Assembly: GCA_024679065.1 (NCBI GenBank)
Contig: JAGIQG010000015.1
Span: forward strand, 41,354,001-41,418,000
DNA: 64,000 nucleotides
Direction of reading: 5' to 3'
Origin: Sphyrna mokarran
Taxonomy: Eukaryota
A program made the position numbers and the translations under genes. Every line of letters starts with the position of its first letter. Positions within the stretch are counted from its first letter, which is position 1. The notes under the pieces are model-generated. The model did no database searches and was not told the origin of the DNA. It saw nothing but the letters and a program-made list of their open reading frames with translations. Shown in pieces: positions 1-13,103 of this stretch.

Positions 1-1590
1 CTCCAATAACCACCACAACCATCTTTCTTTGTGCTGAGTATGATTCCAGCTAGTGAAGTTTCCCTCCAATTCACATTGACTTAAACTTTACCACAAATTA
101 TTGATACTACACTGGGTCAAAGACTATCTTAACACGTTTGGACCAAGGCTGTAATGAGATCTGGGGCTAAATGGTCTTAGTGGAATGCAAACTGAGCATC
201 AAGGTGTAGGTTATTGTTAAGTGCTGCTTGTTAGCACTTTCCATGACACCTTCTATTATTTTGCGAATTGAGTCGACTGATTAGATTGTAAATGGTTTGA
301 TTTGATTTGCCCCTTTTTTGGACAGAATATTCCTAGTTAATTACCCATCTTGTTGCTAGATACCACATGTTGTCACTGTCCTGGAATATTTTGGCTAACC
401 AAGTGGCTAGCTGTGGAGTGCAAGTCTTGAGCGCTGCAGCCAGAATGCTGTAGTGCATTCAGTGCTGTCGGACGTTTCTTGATGTAGAGTGAATCGAATT
501 GGCTGAAGACTGGCATCTGTGATGTTGAGGACTTTGCTCAAATGGCATCCGTTCATTTCATCTGCTCAGCACTTATGTCTGGATACAATGAAATGTTTCA
601 GCCTTTTTTTTTAAACTGAATTGCTGTGCCTCGCCAACACTAAAGATAGGGATGTTTGTAGAGCATCCTTTTCTTAGTTGCTTAATTGTCCACCACACAA
701 CACATTTGATCCATTAATTATGGGATTGCTAAGGTTTGACTATAATATTCCCCTGTTGTTTAGCATGCATGTTGTACTGTATTGTAACTTCACCAGGTTG
801 TCAATTTTTAGGTATGCCCAAAGTTGTTCTGCTTCTTTATACTTCACAAACCTAACTTGATAGCAATGGTAGAGTGTAGGATATTCAAGGTCATGAGTTT
901 CAGATTATGATGGAATGTAATTCTGTTGAATACTTGCAGCTTTTTATCTGTGACCAAGTCCATTATGGATCTCTCCCATTTATCATGGTGGTAATTCGAC
1001 ACATGATGAAGGGTATCCTCAGTATGATGTCAGAACTTTCCTCCACAAGAACTGTGTGGTGGAATATGCAGTTGCAACAAGTAGATTAGTAAGAATGTTT
1101 TTTGTTATTTTCCTAACATCTACCGCCCGGTTTGGAAATTAGCATTTAGGACTTGGTCAATAGTTATGATGCCAAGCCAGTTGGAGAGTTCAATGTCCAT
1201 TATTTAGAGTACATTCTATATTAATACTATTCATTGCTTCTTCCAAGTGATGTTGAATGTCAAGGAGCACTGACTCATCAGCTATTGCAGGGCAGTAGAC
1301 AGTAACAAGTAGAAAATTTCTTGCCCATGTTTAATCAGATGTCTGGAGTCATTGTTAAGGACTCCCAATGCCATTCTCTTCAACTGTATACCACTATACC
1401 ATATTTATGGTGAATCAATCCTGCTATTGGGCCAAGTTATGTCAGGAACCATGAAGGTGGGGTCTGGGACTTCGATGAAAGGTACGTTAGGCTGTTACTT
1501 GAATAGTCTGTGGGACAGCTCAAGCACAACTTATTGAGGAGTATTTTGCAGGATTGTCTTGGATGCATGTATCTTTGGCATGCCTGGTGC
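1..1590 (-). mobile_element. Old CR1/L2-clade LINE ORF2 remnant
   Basis: Reverse complement of 120-230 (cttaacaataaccta...gatgctcagtttg...ctcattacagccttggtccaaac) matches the + strand copy at about 59240-59315. No open frame. Confidence 0.55.
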
Positions 1591-1699
1591 CTAAGTTGAT
1601 GAAGGCTTTATTATTGTATTTTATATTGTTTAATATAACTTGTGTGGCTTGTTAAGTTGATGCAAAGAGTAGTTACAGTCTGAATCACATATAGGGCTG

Positions 1700-1925
1700 T
1701 CCAATTATGGAAGGTAGATTTCAATTACTTAACACGATTGAATAAATTGGATTTTTACTGCAATCTGATAGTTTCATGGTCACTAGTATTGATATTAACT
1801 TTTCATTCTAGATTATTTTAATTAATTGAATTTAAATTCCCCAGTTTCCTCAATAGAATCTGAATTAACTCTGAATCCAGACCCCTGCATCAGTAGTCTA
1901 GTTACATAACTATTATGCTACCATA
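1700..1925 (-). mobile_element. tRNA-derived SINE, same family as 2757-3055, degenerate
   Basis: Reverse complement gives a head with ...actagactactgatgcag... and a body with gaatttaaattcaat. Confidence 0.45.
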
Positions 1926-2756
1926 TCCTTACTTTATATACTGTAGTATTACGATAGTAATTCTTTAAGTATCAAAATAGAACATGCACTGTATGAAATT
2001 ATATTAATAAATACATATTACCAGTTATAAGGAGAACTGAATAGTTTCACAAGCCTGTCAGGGAAACATCTGCATGCAACTGCAGTCAAATAAATTCTCC
2101 TAAATTACAGTTCACTCATTGGTTTAGAATTTGGAGATATTCTTTATTGTCTGCTTTCTGACAGAATTTCATGCATCTTCTTTTAAGAGAAATGGTAATG
2201 TCCCAAGTAATTTAAACATATATTTTCAAAGCTGACCTAAATGCAAGTACTTGGATCAAGGTGGATAGATGAGCAGGAATGTACAATACAAGCTTATTTT
2301 CAAGCCCTCTGTTTGGCTGCAAGGTGGACAAAAACAGATTCTTGGACATCAATTTGGGTCATTGAATACTGCCAGAACAGCATTCTTATTTATTTTGAGT
2401 CAACTTTACAGAGGAATGACAACTCAGACTAGGACATGGCCAAGTAGTGGCGTTTTTTTTTTCAGAATGGAAATATGTGTGCAATTTGGAACGGAGGATG
2501 TAACCATATCAAGTTTCTCAAGGGTATTTCATCCACTTTGTCTGCACTGTCTTTTCAAATAGAGAGAACCTATTTGTTTTCTTTCTATCAAAAGTCTTTC
2601 AATAATGTTCCAATCTTGGTAAATAGGTTTTCATTTTGTGGTTCAAGAATTTTATTGATTAATTGGAAATGCAAAAGAAGGCTAAAACCTGCGGAACATA
2701 AATTAGAATAAATACTTGCCTATTACGTTGCCTTTGTAGACTATTTTATTGCCTAT

Positions 2757-3055
2757 TAGGGAAAGCAATGGCTTAGTGGTATTGTTGCTGGACTAGTAAT
2801 CCAGAGACCTAGGTTCAAATCCCACCACTGCAGGTACTGAAATTTGAATTCAATAAAAATCTGGAATTAACAATCTAACCGTTCAATTGTCATAAAATCC
2901 CATCAGGTTCACTAATTAATGAAAGCAATCAACCATCCATCCTTACCTAGTCTGGCTCGCATGTGATTCCAGATCCACAGCAATGCGACTGACTTTAAAC
3001 TTGCCTCCTCATGGGCAATAATTATAGCCACATCCCATGAACAAACAAAAAAAAA
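2757..3055 (+). mobile_element. tRNA-derived SINE with LINE-shared 3' tail
   Basis: A-box-like tggcttagtgg and B-box ggttcaaatccc. The tail gcccacatcccatgaacaaac(a)n resembles the LINE tail at 54415-54440. Confidence 0.7.
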
Positions 3056-3139
3056 CTTAACATCATACCAGGTATACAATATCACGTACTGGTTGGTATT
3101 TCCTTTTCAGCGTTAATGTGAACAAATCAACGTACAATA

Positions 3140-3500
3140 CAGAGACACTCATTTGTACCTAATTGGTAGGAGCATTTCAGAGAAGGTTCATTCCACTGAT
3201 TGATGAAAAGGTTATTTCATGAGGAAAGATTGGACAGGTTGGGCCTGACAGAGATAGGGATTTTTTTCTCTAAAAGCTGTTAGCCGTTATGTTCCTTGGA
3301 TCAGTGGGGGCAGGGCCATCAAATTTTTTTAAGGCTGAGTTAGATAAACTTTTGATTGACAGTAGATTTAAAAGGGTATTGATGGTAGACAGAAAAGAAG
3401 AATTGAGACCATAATCAGATCTGCCATGATCTTATCAAATGGTGGAGCAGTCTTGAAAGGTTGAATGGCCGCTCCTACTCCTACTTACGTATGTTCATGT
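3140..3500 (+). mobile_element. CR1 LINE 3' end fragment
   Basis: cagagaaggttca (QRRF motif), aaggctgagttagata, and the CR1 tail gaatggccgctcctactcctacttacgtatgttc. Confidence 0.65.
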
Positions 3501-4849
3501 TGCAATCCGCTCTTACTGTACATTACATTTTGTAGCTATAATTCCTTCAGAATTTGAGCATCTGTGAAGTACCAGAACGTTATTTCCAAATTCAGTGCAA
3601 AATTAGTAGCATTATTCTTGTATTCTAAATGAATGACCTCTTGTACATAACATCACAAACTATGAACTCTGTATTAGTCGTTAAAGTTATAAAAAAATGA
3701 CTGTGGTGTAATGCGCTGTTTTGTTGTTTTAGTTAACTGAAGCAGAAAAACTGCCGCATTGTCTTTAAAACATTCATGATTTAGAGATTATGATTTTCTT
3801 TTAGTGAAAACTGAAGGGAAATGGTGGCCTGTCCATAAATTGAGCAATTAAGTGTGGAGTGCCACTAATTATGCAAAGGAAATCTGCACTAGAGGTTAAT
3901 CATTTATCTTTAACATTCTTTGGTATAATGTTTGCACAGGATGTCAACTTGTGTTTTTTGTACCAGGTCCATAGGACACCACTTCATAAAATTGGTGTAC
4001 AGTCAACGTTGAGGTCATCTGAAAATTTCTGTAATGTTTCAAAGCAGGCTCTGTTGAAAAGCAGGCTCTTCCTGAGAACAAAATAAGCAGAGTCAGAATA
4101 AGCACTGCCTGCATTCCTTAAGATAAAAATTCAAACTTGTCTCTTTCAGTTATTAGGTTAACTATTTTAATTGAATTTGGATACAAACGTAGAAGAACTA
4201 TTTTGAAACTTTATATTGCCAGTATTAAATTTTCAAAAATCATTGTTCTTATTAATATTCCCTTTGCTGAAAGCAATGTCTTGCTGAAGTATAGGTAGAT
4301 GGTAGCAAGGTGTCTATCAATGCTTGTGCAAAAATGACTTATTTTAATATTTGTTTTGAAACTCAAGAACTGCGTGAGGAAAGAGCCTTTTGAACTTAGT
4401 ATCACAGCCCAGCTCAGTTCTTCACATGTCCAGTAGGGGTCATTGAATAGCAATTAAGATGTGGAACCCTGTCTAATTTTACCCTTCCACTTGAGGTGTG
4501 TTGAGGTTATTTACATCACTGCTATTTCGTTCAGAGCTAAAATCGATTGAGATCAGACTGGGAACTCTTCCTGTCTTAAGAGCAAAATGTCTGCCAATTG
4601 AGGAAATTGAAGTAAAAGCAGAAAATTCTGGAAGAGTCATGGACCTGAAGCATTGATTCAATTTCTCTCTCCACAGATGCTACCCGTTCTGCTGAGTAAT
4701 TTCAGCGTTTTCTTTTTTAGCACTTCTAGTCTGGAATAACTTGTTGCACTATTGGACTAGCACAAAATACTTCAGCACAATGATGAAGAACAACAGCAGT
4801 TCCCTTCGATAATCCTGCCAATGGAGCAAAGGATTATACAGATAATTAT

Positions 4850-5420
4850 TAAATGTGTATTTTTATAGCACCTATTCTGTCAAAAATCATCCCAATGCAT
4901 TCCCAACATAGCAAAATGTCTTGATGACATTGATGACAATAAACAGGAGCATTATTGAACAAAATTTGACAGAGATACTAATGAAGATGTTAGGAGAGAC
5001 AGTCCAAAAGCTTAGTTAAAAGAGATCGGCTTTAAGCAATGCCTCAAAGAAGGAGACAGAGATGGTGAATTCTTGGGTGGGAATTACCAGTCTTGGGACC
5101 CAGCCAGCAGAAAGGATGGCTGCTAATGGTGGAGACATTAAAACTGGGGATGCATGAGAGAGCAAATTTGGAAGAGTGCAGAGTTCTTAGAGGTCACTGT
5201 GGTAGGAAGGGGTCAGAGTCTATGGCAAAATTGGAAAGCGCTTATCAAAATTTTAACATCAACCCATTGCCATAACACAACACAAACCAGCAAGTAGAGG
5301 GGGTATCTGAACAGAACTTATTTTGAATTAGGACATGAGCAGCAGAGTCTTGGACGGTCTGAAGTTTATGAAGGGTGGAAGATAGAAAAGGCCAACCAAG
5401 AAATAATAGGAAGTGTAATT
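4850..5420 (-). mobile_element. L2-like LINE 3' fragment
   Basis: Reverse-complement tail gtatttttatagcacct; body ccaaaagcttagttaaaagag...ttttaag...ggaattaccagtcttgggacc. Confidence 0.45.
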
Positions 5421-6239
5421 AACCAAAATTGATACCAAGCCAAGAAAGCATTCTTAGGGGAGAGGCGAAAGGCTTTGTTAAAGTTGAAGTTTTGACTTAA
5501 GAGGGAATTTAGGGAGGAAATTCCTGAGTTTTGCTCTCAATAGCTGAAGGGCCCTACAATGCTGCAAGTGAGGGAGTCTCATGAGGTTTGAGATGGGTGA
5601 AAGAGGCAGTTACAGAGCTATGGAGAGACCATTGGACGATTTGAACAGCAGTGATGGGTGAACCAGATTTGGACGTGCACAGTTTTAAAACCCGGGGTAG
5701 GGGAGGGGCCATGTAGAATGGCTTGTCACAGACAGAATTTAGTGTTGCTTTTTATTGTCAGTAACCCGTATGTTTGTGCGTGAAAGTTGTGTTTTTTTCC
5801 TCATGATTGTCCCAATTTAAATATCTCTGTAGTAAGTCTTCGTGAGTTTTAAAAATAAGTAAGGTTATTTTATTAGCACAGACTTGCCCTGAATGTTTAA
5901 AATGTGACACCTCACACACAAAGATTAGATGCAAATGAAGGTAAAACAATGGAATTACATTTTATGATTGTCTCAGGCTCTTTTGTGGCATAGCCTTTGG
6001 CTACTTAGATGAGTTGATGCAAAGGTCTTGTGAAACAGAATTTTCTCAGTAAGCTGCAAGATCTTGTAACCTAATTTCTAGGAGATTGGTTCTCAGGCTG
6101 GGATGGGGAGGGTGTCCTCTCAGTTTCAAGCTAATTGCTGTTTACTACCTTAGTTCCTGAGATGACTAACAGCTGATTTTATTGCTTTCTGATGGAATTC
6201 TTTTGGCCGAATAGCTTCTTAATGTTACTTTAAAATCAA

Positions 6240-6760
6240 AGTGGCTTCCTCACCTTCGAACTTGTACAAGTTCAAAGACCTCTTCCCAAAAAGGAATGAT
6301 ATGTTGATTATATGTCCTGTGTTATTGTTTGAAATTCATCCAGTTCACTTTGGATGAGGGACCATCATAAATACAATGGAAGGTCTCTGGGATCCATTTA
6401 TGTTTATCTAACATACGTTGAATTTCAATGTTTCATTTCTGGAGGCCACACTGATACTTCAGAAGGATTGACTGGCTGGTATATTTGAGTTCTTTTGTTG
6501 ATGTACATCCCTTTTTTAAGGATGGTCTGAATTCTCCAGATGGCTGTGGATGTTCAAATATTTGCTTGAGATTCAACTGCCTTTAAACTGTCAAAAGTCT
6601 CATAATTTGCAGCGGCCATTTTAGTAATCTGTGTTCAAAATTTTAATGTGTCACCTGAAAGTTTATATATGCTGGAACATGACATGCCTCCACCTGCCAG
6701 GGAAGAAATAGAATTGTTTTTTTTTGGCTTGGCTTCCTTGCAAAGAAAAATTACGCATTG
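6240..6760 (-). mobile_element. Possible L1/Tx1 ORF1 remnant
   Basis: Minus strand is weakly similar to the ORF1 motif RRNNLRIVGLPE (aatccttctgaagtatcagtgtggcctccagaa). Very decayed. Confidence 0.25.
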
Positions 6761-6979
6761 ACTTCTTTATATAGCGAGACATTCATACACAGTAATTTTG
6801 TACATCTACAGTTGCGCTCTCTCTCATTCCCTTTTCTTTATGTCCCCAGTTACATGTTATCTGGTGAATGTTCATTCAAATTAGTACATAACGTTTTGGG
6901 AATATAATTCACACGCATTTGTTTCTCAATGCAGTTTACAGCTGGGGAAGTTCAAACTTCATGCTGGCTCAGAGAGAAG

Positions 6980-7051
6980 AGCACAGTAAGAAATCTCTCA
7001 ACCCCGTTCTTACTGTGCTTATCCCAGTCCAATGCCGGCATCTCCACATCA
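6980..7051 (+). mobile_element. Minimal Penelope-like element end: short inverted arm plus tail
   Basis: agcacagtaagaa...ttcttactgtgct is an inverted repeat, followed by the tail atcccagtccaatgccggcatctccacatc, nearly identical to 18213-18240. Confidence 0.7.
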
Positions 7052-7341
7052 GAGGAAGGAGTCAGGCTTTCATAAGATTGGATTCTGTCTTGAAGCTTCT
7101 AGTATGTAAATTACAGAGTTTGTTGTGTTGCCTGTAAGGCTCAATCCTTTCATGGATATTTCCACATTCCAATGATTTGATAATTTGTGTTCTGGCTCAT
7201 TGATTCTAATTTCTATGGTGATAGTGTGTGTATTATTTTTAAACCTATTTGAAGTGTTTGAATTCTACCCTGTCACTTATCATCGGTTGCCCTGGAAATG
7301 GAACTGTTGTGTTCAAATAGATTTAAGTTTTGAGCTTGACC

Positions 7342-8010
7342 CTGTTATGGTTTTATAGTTAATTGTGTGTTAGCTGCCCCATCTTTCCCTTGTGACTTTG
7401 GTGACTATGATTCATCTTAAGAGATACTGACTTCCCCTTTTCTGTGAAGTTGGGGATGGATTGGTCTCCAAAGTGCCTCATGTCCTTTAGGACAATACTG
7501 CCCAAAGGGAGCTGGCTAGCTTCTATGACTTTTAGATGGAGTGAGGTGTCTTCCTCACCTGTGTCTGCTGGTCTTCCTATACTTCTATTTATGAAATACA
7601 TTGCTAACCAGACCTTTGATTTAGCCCCTTCATTTTTTTTAAATTTTTTTATGGGCCTTACCTTGATCTTTTTAAATTCTATTGGCCTATCTTTGACCTC
7701 CTTTAGTTTTGATGGATTCCATCTTGACCTTTTACTATCTCAGTAGATCCTATGGCCTCCAGAGGGACTCATATGGCTTCTCTCCTATTCCCCTATTCTT
7801 TACTGGCTGTGTTGTCTCCTGGAGGAGGTTATGGATTTCTTCAGGGATTTGTCTAACCCCATTCCATTTTGAATCTGGGCTTAGTTCTTTCAAGGTTATG
7901 GATGTGATTCTGACCATACCTCCCCCTGTTGGTTTCTTAGTGAACCAATGGTTTCCTTTTCTGTGCCCAGGCTTGCCACAGAAATCAGACATCGTGTGAT
8001 TACTTTCCAA
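7342..8010 (-). mobile_element. Gypsy/Ty3 gag-protease remnant
   Basis: Minus ORF 7750-8010 has a decayed zinc knuckle FCGKPGHRKGNHW. ORF 7359-7601 has VLKDMRHFGDQSI, resembling the protease motif LRDTGASQSL, and FTEKGKSVSL. Confidence 0.55.
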
Positions 8011-8758
8011 GCTTGTTCTTTCTGAAATTGGGGATTTATCTATTGTTTTAAATTCAACTCAATCAAGTTTGGATGAAAGATTAACTTAGTACAATAGATG
8101 GTCAATGAGATTCATTCACAATTATCCAGCACACATTAAGTTTCAATAATTTGTGTACAGTAAAACAGAAAGACGGGGTGGCAGGAATGCTATAGTTATT
8201 TATTCTTAAACAAAGAGATGAGTGAATTCCCCAAATGACAGTGAATGATCCGGGTTTTAAGTATTTGCTTGAGATTCTGGAGATCCGAATGTCAAAGATC
8301 ACAAGATTAACAACAGTATTTTAATAGTCTGTTTGCATTTAGAAATCACTCGAGTCTTCATTAAGAGTTTGATATACTGGACGATGACATTATTTGAAAC
8401 TTAGAAGAAATAAGAGTGAAAACTTCTGAGTGACACTGACCACAGTTGCAATCAAAAGACCAGAAAGATTGTGATCAGAAAGGAAGGTTGTTAAAGGATT
8501 AGATGTATGAGGAGGATTTCATATCAGATGAAAATCTTTTTCTTGTGCAGTGTACAGGAGTAAAAAAGTGGTTGGACTAGAATCTCCATATATTGAATCA
8601 GTAATCAAATCTTGTGATATAGTGGCACTTCAGAGAGAATTTTAGATTTGTTGTGAGTAAAGCAAGTATTTGGCACCAAATAAGCAGCTTAACATCTTGG
8701 TGATAACTGTAACAATTGAAGACACGTGGATGGGTCCACATATGAAGTGAAACTCTAA

Positions 8759-10242
8759 GGGGGCAATTATCTGCAGCTGCTAGCCCCAGCCAGGAATCCC
8801 GATGGTGAAAGGACCAAACTTAGATTCTCACTGGGTGCCCAACCCATTGCAAGTCTCCCAGCCTCCTGTGCTTGCCCTATCAGGTTCTTGCTCAGAGCAG
8901 GCTGAGACTGCTGATTTTGATGTATTTAAATGCAAATACTGAGCTTGAAACTGGATGCTGCTGCCTCTTAGATACCTGGAAGCCTTAAAAATCACAGCAG
9001 CCCTTCATTCTACAGTAGGGATTGCCCTTGATTGCTTTCAGAAGCCCTGGGCATTGCCATACCTATTTGAAGTACTTTGATTAACAGGAGATGTCAGTTT
9101 CACTAGGCAGATCACCTTGCTTTCTCTCATAAGCCCCAGCTGCTCTGAAAGCTCTTTGAAACACTCTGACAGGACTGTTGGATTTCACTAGGGAGAATCC
9201 TTCTTTCTAGCTTGACTGAGCTCCAGTAGCTTTCAAGACTCTTAGAACTGTTTTGATTGTCAGTTCCAGAGTCGATCAAAAAGGGAATTAGCTGGGATTT
9301 GTTTACACAAGGAATTGTTGACCCACCAGTTGCTTTTTCACAGCTCCAGGGCAAATCAAACAGTTCATTGTTGATACAATCTGTTCACGTTCTATTAAAC
9401 ATGAAGTGCTTCCTCTTTTGAGCTGTTGCTGGTTCTAATTGCAGTTTTTTAAAAATAGATTTTCTTTTTGATCAGAGCTGCCTTCTCATGTGAGCAGCTG
9501 CTGGTTCTAACCACAACTTTTAAAAATGGGCTTTATCTTTCTCAGAAGATCTCTTTCTCAGATCTTTCTAGAAAGACCAGGTGCATAGTCTGACTGCTAT
9601 TTTTCCTCATACTGGGTCTTTTTCAATCTTTTATTCTGGAATAGCATCCATGTACTGGAGATTGCTATTAGCTATAAAAGAAGCCAGCAAATCCAAAAGC
9701 CACTGTTTATTTCTCTGGATATTTCTGCGTCCATGCCAGGGTGCTCAGTTTGGTACATGATACATGGTTAGATCTACTCTACCCATGCCACCCTGGCATT
9801 GACACTCATGTCGGTGACAGGGTACGGTGCTAGGTTTAGCACTGCCAAAGAGGCGACTGAAGGATGTGAGGCATTTTCTGCCCCCAAAAGTGGAATCTGT
9901 CCCTTGTGAGAGAAGAAAGGTGACATCTTGGGAGATGGGGGAGGGGAGGAATCTGGGTCACCCTTATGCTAGTGTGGTGTGGGGTGGAGAGATGATTTCA
10001 GCAGTTAGTGGTGCTGGGGATTGGACGTTGCCCCCGAGTGAAGGGTTCAGGTTGCTTCTCTTGCCTGTGGGTGGTTGTTTGGTTGGGGCAGAGACTGTTC
10101 TGAGATTGGGGCGTCCTGATGTCTCTGAAGCCAAGCTTGCCAGCGTATTTCACGTTGGGGATTTTTTTTTGTGACCAAAGAGTGGTTGAATCCTCCCTGA
10201 ATAATGCTGCAGCACTTTGATTTTATTGAGAGAATTGTGGCC
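8759..10242. mobile_element. Non-autonomous PIF/Harbinger-like element with an internal insertion at about 9090-9600
   Basis: Imperfect termini ggggcaattatc ... gagaattgtggcc, with taa on both flanks. Confidence 0.35.
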
Positions 10243-11449
10243 TAAGGATGCAGCTATTGGAACTGTAAGGTTACAGGTATTAGTCTATAAATGGATGTAA
10301 AAAAACATATGGGGGGAAAATATGAAGATATTCTGATTCAGTCATTGCATTAAAAGGTGAATGGGAATTATGAACAAGGTATACTAATACAAATTTAATT
10401 ACATCCAGTTTCTTTAGCTGCTATTTATATTGTGATTTTAGGTTGGCAACAACTCAAAGTTAATTAACTGATGGGATTCCACTTTTTGACAGACTTAAAA
10501 CCAGTACCAAACTTAAACTGATTTGACATAATGTAAAACAGAAACTAAGTATGTGGCAACTTCAGAAAATCTTTGGATAACAAAGTGGGGAGTGGGAATT
10601 ATTTGCATGATTCTTTCCCTTTCCAAGTGTAATTTTGTTCATTTATTTAAAAGGCAATTAACAAAACATTGAAAAATATCAGTATGTCATTGACATTTAA
10701 ACAGCAAGGTGCCATTATGAAATTTCTGGCAAGTCAAACACTGCAATTCCCAGCACACTTCTCGAGGTGAAAGAGTAGACGTCGTTTCAGGCAGTTCCAG
10801 GAAAGCCAAATACAAGCTTAATTCCTTAGTGACTTTCAAATACAATAAACAAAAGTTAGAATTCTACTGGCATAAGTTCAGATTGGAATTTGTAATTTCA
10901 GTACAGAATGCATTTGAGCATTTAATCAGAAATAACATTGTTAGAATTTTAACTCTCTGTATCCTGAATTTTTGAATCATCTTGAAGGATGTCAACATTT
11001 TTTGTCAGCTGTAAACTCTTGTACTTCATTGAAGGGACTGCTATTGAGAAGTAAAGCACAAAAACATGCTTAGCTCGTGGCATAAACCAAGTAATTGGCA
11101 TTTATTACAACGTGTATGATATAATAAAGCATCCTAAAGGATTTACATCAGTCTGCAAAAAAGCAGACTACCATTGAAGTGATTGAAGACTAGAGGGACA
11201 ATCCTACCATTTTAATCCATGTCTGAAGGGTGGGGCAAGCCAGTAAGATCTTGAGAGTGCCAATAAATTGGGTTCGTACCTGATTTCCCTCCTCTCGAGA
11301 TCTTACTAGCACCAGATATCCAGCGGGATCAGCCTTGTGCTCGAAAAGAGCGCAAGGCTGATTGTAAGATTACTTCAATTTATGAAATGTAATTTTTGAT
11401 GCAATTGGGATGGTCTCACTGGTTGGAACCACACACATTAGTCTCCAGT

Positions 11450-12590
11450 GTGCAGATGACTTCTGTGGGAGTAACAGACAGTGAAGCGGATACAGCAGGA
11501 CATAAATTGGTAGGGGTACTGGGCCAAAAGATGGCAGATGGAATTCTACTTGGACAAATATGAGGCGATGTGATTTGGAAGGTCTGCTGCAGAAGGAAAG
11601 TATGTAGTAAATGGAAACATTAGCATACAGAGGGATTTAAGTGCTCAGTTCCACAGTTCCCTGAAGGTAAAAGTAAAATGCATTTATTAGGCACAGGTAG
11701 GCTTACTTTAACACTGCGATGAAGTTACTGTGAAATTTCCCTAGTCCCCACATGACAGTGCCTCTTTGGGTCAATGCACATCTTTCAAATTGTGGGAGGA
11801 AACTGGAGCACCTGAAAGAAATCCACGCAGACATTGGGAGTATTTGCAGACTCTGCACAGTCAGTGACACAAGTGGGGAATTGAACCCAGATCCCTGATG
11901 CTATGAAGCAGCAGTGCTAACTGTGCTGCCCTCTGGCAATTCAGATAGACAAGGTGGTCAAGAAGGTGTAATGCATGCTGGTCTTCATCAGTCAGGGCTT
12001 TGAGTATAGGAATTTGAAAGTCATGTTGCAGCTGTATAAGACTTTGGTTAGGCTGCATTTGGAGTATTGTGTGCAATTCTGGTTACCACATTACTGGAAG
12101 CAATATTGATGCATTGTAAAGGGTGCAGAAGAGATTTATCAAGATGTTGCCTGGTTTGGAGGACATGGACTATGAAGAAAGGTTGAACAAACTTGGATTG
12201 TTTTCATTGGCGTGTCGGAGGATGAGGGGGGAATCTGATAAAGGTTTACAAGATTATGACACGCTTGGATAGAGTGGATAGTCGAAAGTCTTTTTCAGAG
12301 TCAATTAGTCGGGGGCATAGATTGAAAGTGAGAGGGGGAAAGGTTAAAAGAGATGTAAGGAGCAAGTTTTCCAAACACAGTAGTGAATCCCTGGAACACA
12401 CTGCTGGAGGAAGTGACGGGAGCTGGTTTTATAACAACACTCGAGGCATCTGGATAGATAATGAATAGGCAGGGATTAGAAGGATATGGACCACCTAGAG
12501 GCAAGAAAATATTAGATTAGAGAGATTATTAGAGATCTGTGTCACACAGGTTGGTGGGCCAAAGGGTTTGTTTCTGTGCTATGTTGTACA
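11450..12590 (+). mobile_element. CR1 LINE RT C-terminus and 3' UTR, interrupted by a SINE
   Basis: Decayed ADD, WQMEF, LQLYKTLVRLHLEYCVQFW, RVQKRFIKMLPG and LDRVDS motifs; CR1 tail gggccaaagggtttgtttctgtgctatgttg. Confidence 0.8.
11667..11935 (-). mobile_element. HE1-like V-SINE nested in CR1
   Basis: Reverse complement: ggcagcacagttagcactgctgcttcatagcatcagggatctgggttcaattccc, then the V-domain ctgcgtggatttc...gtgctccagtttcctcccaca. Confidence 0.8.
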
Positions 12591-12870
12591 TTCACTCAAA
12601 AACTGAGCTCCAGGTCATTGCTGACTCCTTCTCCAAAGTGAGAAAATGGATCTTTCTTTAAACACCAAGAAAACTGAGGTCCTCTACCACATAGTTATCA
12701 CTGCAGAATGCCTCCCCCCATCAAGATCAACTGTGAGCTCCTGAAGAATGTGGACCATTTTCCATTTCTTGGGAACCTCCTCTTAATAATAGCAAACACT
12801 GACAACTAAAGCCATCATTGCTTCCAGTTCCGCATATGCCAACTGAGGAAATTAGTCTTTGAGGTGGTAT
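12585..12870 (+). mobile_element. RTE-clade LINE RT fragment
   Basis: Translates as LNTKKTEVLY...PPIKINCELLKNVDHFPFLG, the typical RTE segment after the YADD motif. Confidence 0.65.
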
Positions 12871-13103
12871 AGTTGATACAATAGTTTTGTATTTGTAGCT
12901 AATAATCAAGAAAAGTAACTGTTTCTGAATACAATTTTATTTTTAAAAAATCTAGTTCACTTTTGCTTTTGCCTAAAACTGGAGTTTTCCATTCTTGAGA
13001 AAAATGGAAAATGGCCCACATTCTTCAGGAGCTCGCTGTTGATCTTAATGGAGGGAGGCATTCTGCAGTGATAACTATGTGGTAGAGGACCTTCGTTTTC
13101 TTG
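12666..13103. repeat. Local inverted duplication, 102-bp arms at 12666-12767 and 13002-13103
   Basis: The arms are reverse complements with about 7 mismatches by manual alignment. Confidence 0.9.

Noticed and set aside
2765-2830. tRNA gene (A and B boxes)
   Set aside because: SINE head with no cloverleaf, continuing into a SINE body. The same applies to the other SINE heads.
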